Part shown: piece by piece, positions 18,677 to 20,000 of the stretch
Layout of the letters: each line of letters starts with the position of its first letter
Position numbering within the stretch: the stretch's first letter is position 1
Assembly: GCA_001724265.1 (NCBI GenBank)
Contig: MEDY01000130.1
Coordinates: 48,400-68,399, forward strand
DNA length: 20,000 nucleotides
Direction of reading: 5' to 3'
Origin: Rhizaria sp. SCN 62-66
Lineage: Eukaryota
Position numbers and translations under genes: made by a program
The notes under the pieces: model-generated
The model's database searches: none
What the model saw: only the letters and a program-made list of their open reading frames with translations
Told to the model about the DNA's origin: nothing

Positions 18677-19482
18677 ATGGTACGACGTTTAACACACAAA
18701 CCGATGTATGAAATGTACACAATTAATTATTATTACAACTCGACTGCGCCTTGTTTTGATGAGTTCTGTGCCATTTTTCTTATCGACTGTCTTCACCCAC
18801 TCTCTTGCTGTTGCTTCATGCCATCACCCCACAGTCTCAACACGTTCGGGACGCGATCCGTGCGTACATCCAATGCGACCTGGAACCTTGCGAGGATCAG
18901 CACGCGCGCCTGACGGCAGCCCAGTCTGCGTTCCTGCAGGAGGAGGATCCCGCGGCGATGAAGCGGTACGCCGTGTGCCGTTTCCAGCACGAGAACGACC
19001 CCGTGGCGCAGCGCAACGAGTGTGAACGCTTCCTCATCGCCACGCGCACGGCGAATGAGTCCGCGTTCCAGGCCGCGTGCTCGCGCGAGCGCGTGCTGAC
19101 CCCCGGCAACGGCATGCGCAACTACGACCCCGCGCGCCACGCCTCGCCCTTCTGGTTCTCGCCACTTGGCACACTGTGGAAGCGCGCAGGCGCCGGCGCG
19201 CCGCTGGTGGCTGCGGCCGAGTGCACGCCGCTGGCCGTGGCCGCCGTGCGGTGCCACGCCGCGCCGTACACGACCAACGCCGAGTGCCGCGAGATGGCGC
19301 ATCGAGCGACTGTGTGCAGCGCGGGCGTGGCGTGCCCCGCGCTCCAGGCGCCGCTGCTGCAGTGCGTGCTGGAGGCCGATAGGGTCGGTGAGGAGGCCGC
19401 CGCGGACGCCGTGGAGGCGATGCGCGCGCTCAGTGCGTGCACGGGCGCTATTGTCGAGTACCGTCGCTGCAGCAACGTGTGA
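18677..19482 (+). CDS. Cys-rich protein with four CX9C motifs (CHCH-type, about 216 aa); proposed coding exons 18677-18679 and 18835-19482
   Basis: Motifs CTPLAVAAVRC, CREMAHRATVC, CPALQAPLLQC and CTGAIVEYRRC. Coding-like sequence begins right after the acceptor ccccacag (18834). An upstream ATG|GTACGA supplies an in-frame start (MSQHVRD..). Confidence 0.75.
18680..18834 (+). other. Putative GT-AG intron (155 nt) immediately after the start codon
   Basis: Donor ATG|GTACGA resembles the GTACGT donor of the other intron. AT/pyrimidine-rich body ends CATCACCCCACAG. Phase 0 join. Confidence 0.65.
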
Positions 19483-19907
19483 GCCTAAGGAGCAAGACAA
19501 CACGAGCCATGCAATGCAGCGGAGCAGTTCTATCTATTGAAGCTATTATATCATTTATTAGGCCAGACTATGGATCCTATCTTACAATACAATGGTATAC
19601 TATAATTGAAATACATGTGGATTGATTGATGATAACATAATGAACGAGTTGTATTATGACTTTTTGTTCTTCCTGTACGAGACAGCAGCCTCACACACAC
19701 AAGCTTCTTCCACTCCCGTTGCCATCGCGTTTGCCGCGGCCGCGACGCACACGACGAGCATGAGCGTAACGACAGCAACGACGACGGCAGCAATGCAGTG
19801 AAACGCCACCACGAGAGCAGCGCTTTGCAGCAGCAAACAGACAGAGAGCGCGAGCACAGTGACGGCGGCCACGCAAGCGCGTCGGCAGCAGTATGACTGT
19901 GTTTCGC

Positions 19908-20000
19908 TTACCGGTAGCGGCGGAGGGAGAGGGTGGCACGGCGCTTGGTGACGGCACGGCGGGAAGGGCGGATGCGGGTGGCGAAGGAGCCCTTGACGGT
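19908..20000 (-). CDS. RPL15: 60S ribosomal protein L15 (eL15), C-terminal end, 5'-partial
   Basis: Minus frame from 20000 reads TVKGSFATRIRPSRRAVTKRRATLSLRRYR*, matching the characteristic eL15 terminus RPSRRA..KR..TLSLRRYR. C-ending codons dominate, as expected for a highly expressed gene. Absent from the ORF track. Confidence 0.88.
   Translation of the reverse strand, partial: TVKGSFATRIRPSRRAVTKRRATLSLRRYR

Noticed and set aside
19654..19872. 72-aa hydrophobic minus-strand ORF resembling a membrane peptide
   Set aside because: GTG start inside the RPL15 3'UTR; hydrophobicity follows from GT-rich UTR composition.
1..20000. Stop-codon reassignment (no gene here ends in TAG)
   Set aside because: All long ORFs are intact under the standard code with no internal TAG, TAA or TGA; eight stops are too few to infer anything.

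Overview
Gene-dense eukaryotic (protist-like, probably flagellated) DNA. GC-rich, Ala-rich and mostly intronless coding regions alternate with short, more AT-rich spacers. Eight genes are supportable: a 5'-truncated NEK-type kinase, a secreted protein of unknown function, a PIBF1/CEP90 orthologue, a two-exon SH3BGR-type glutaredoxin-fold gene, two large low-complexity unknown proteins, a quadruple-CX9C protein whose ATG probably sits on its own exon, and the 3' end of RPL15. The SH3BGR gene is split and RPL15 is missed by the ORF track. I saw no tRNA, rRNA, mobile element or CRISPR array. The best leads are the four-CX9C protein, an intergenic 8-mer GCACGATT seen five times, and a tight train of short palindromes between two convergent genes. 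All family calls come from motif recognition by eye, not database searches. I found no convincing multi-gene novel system.
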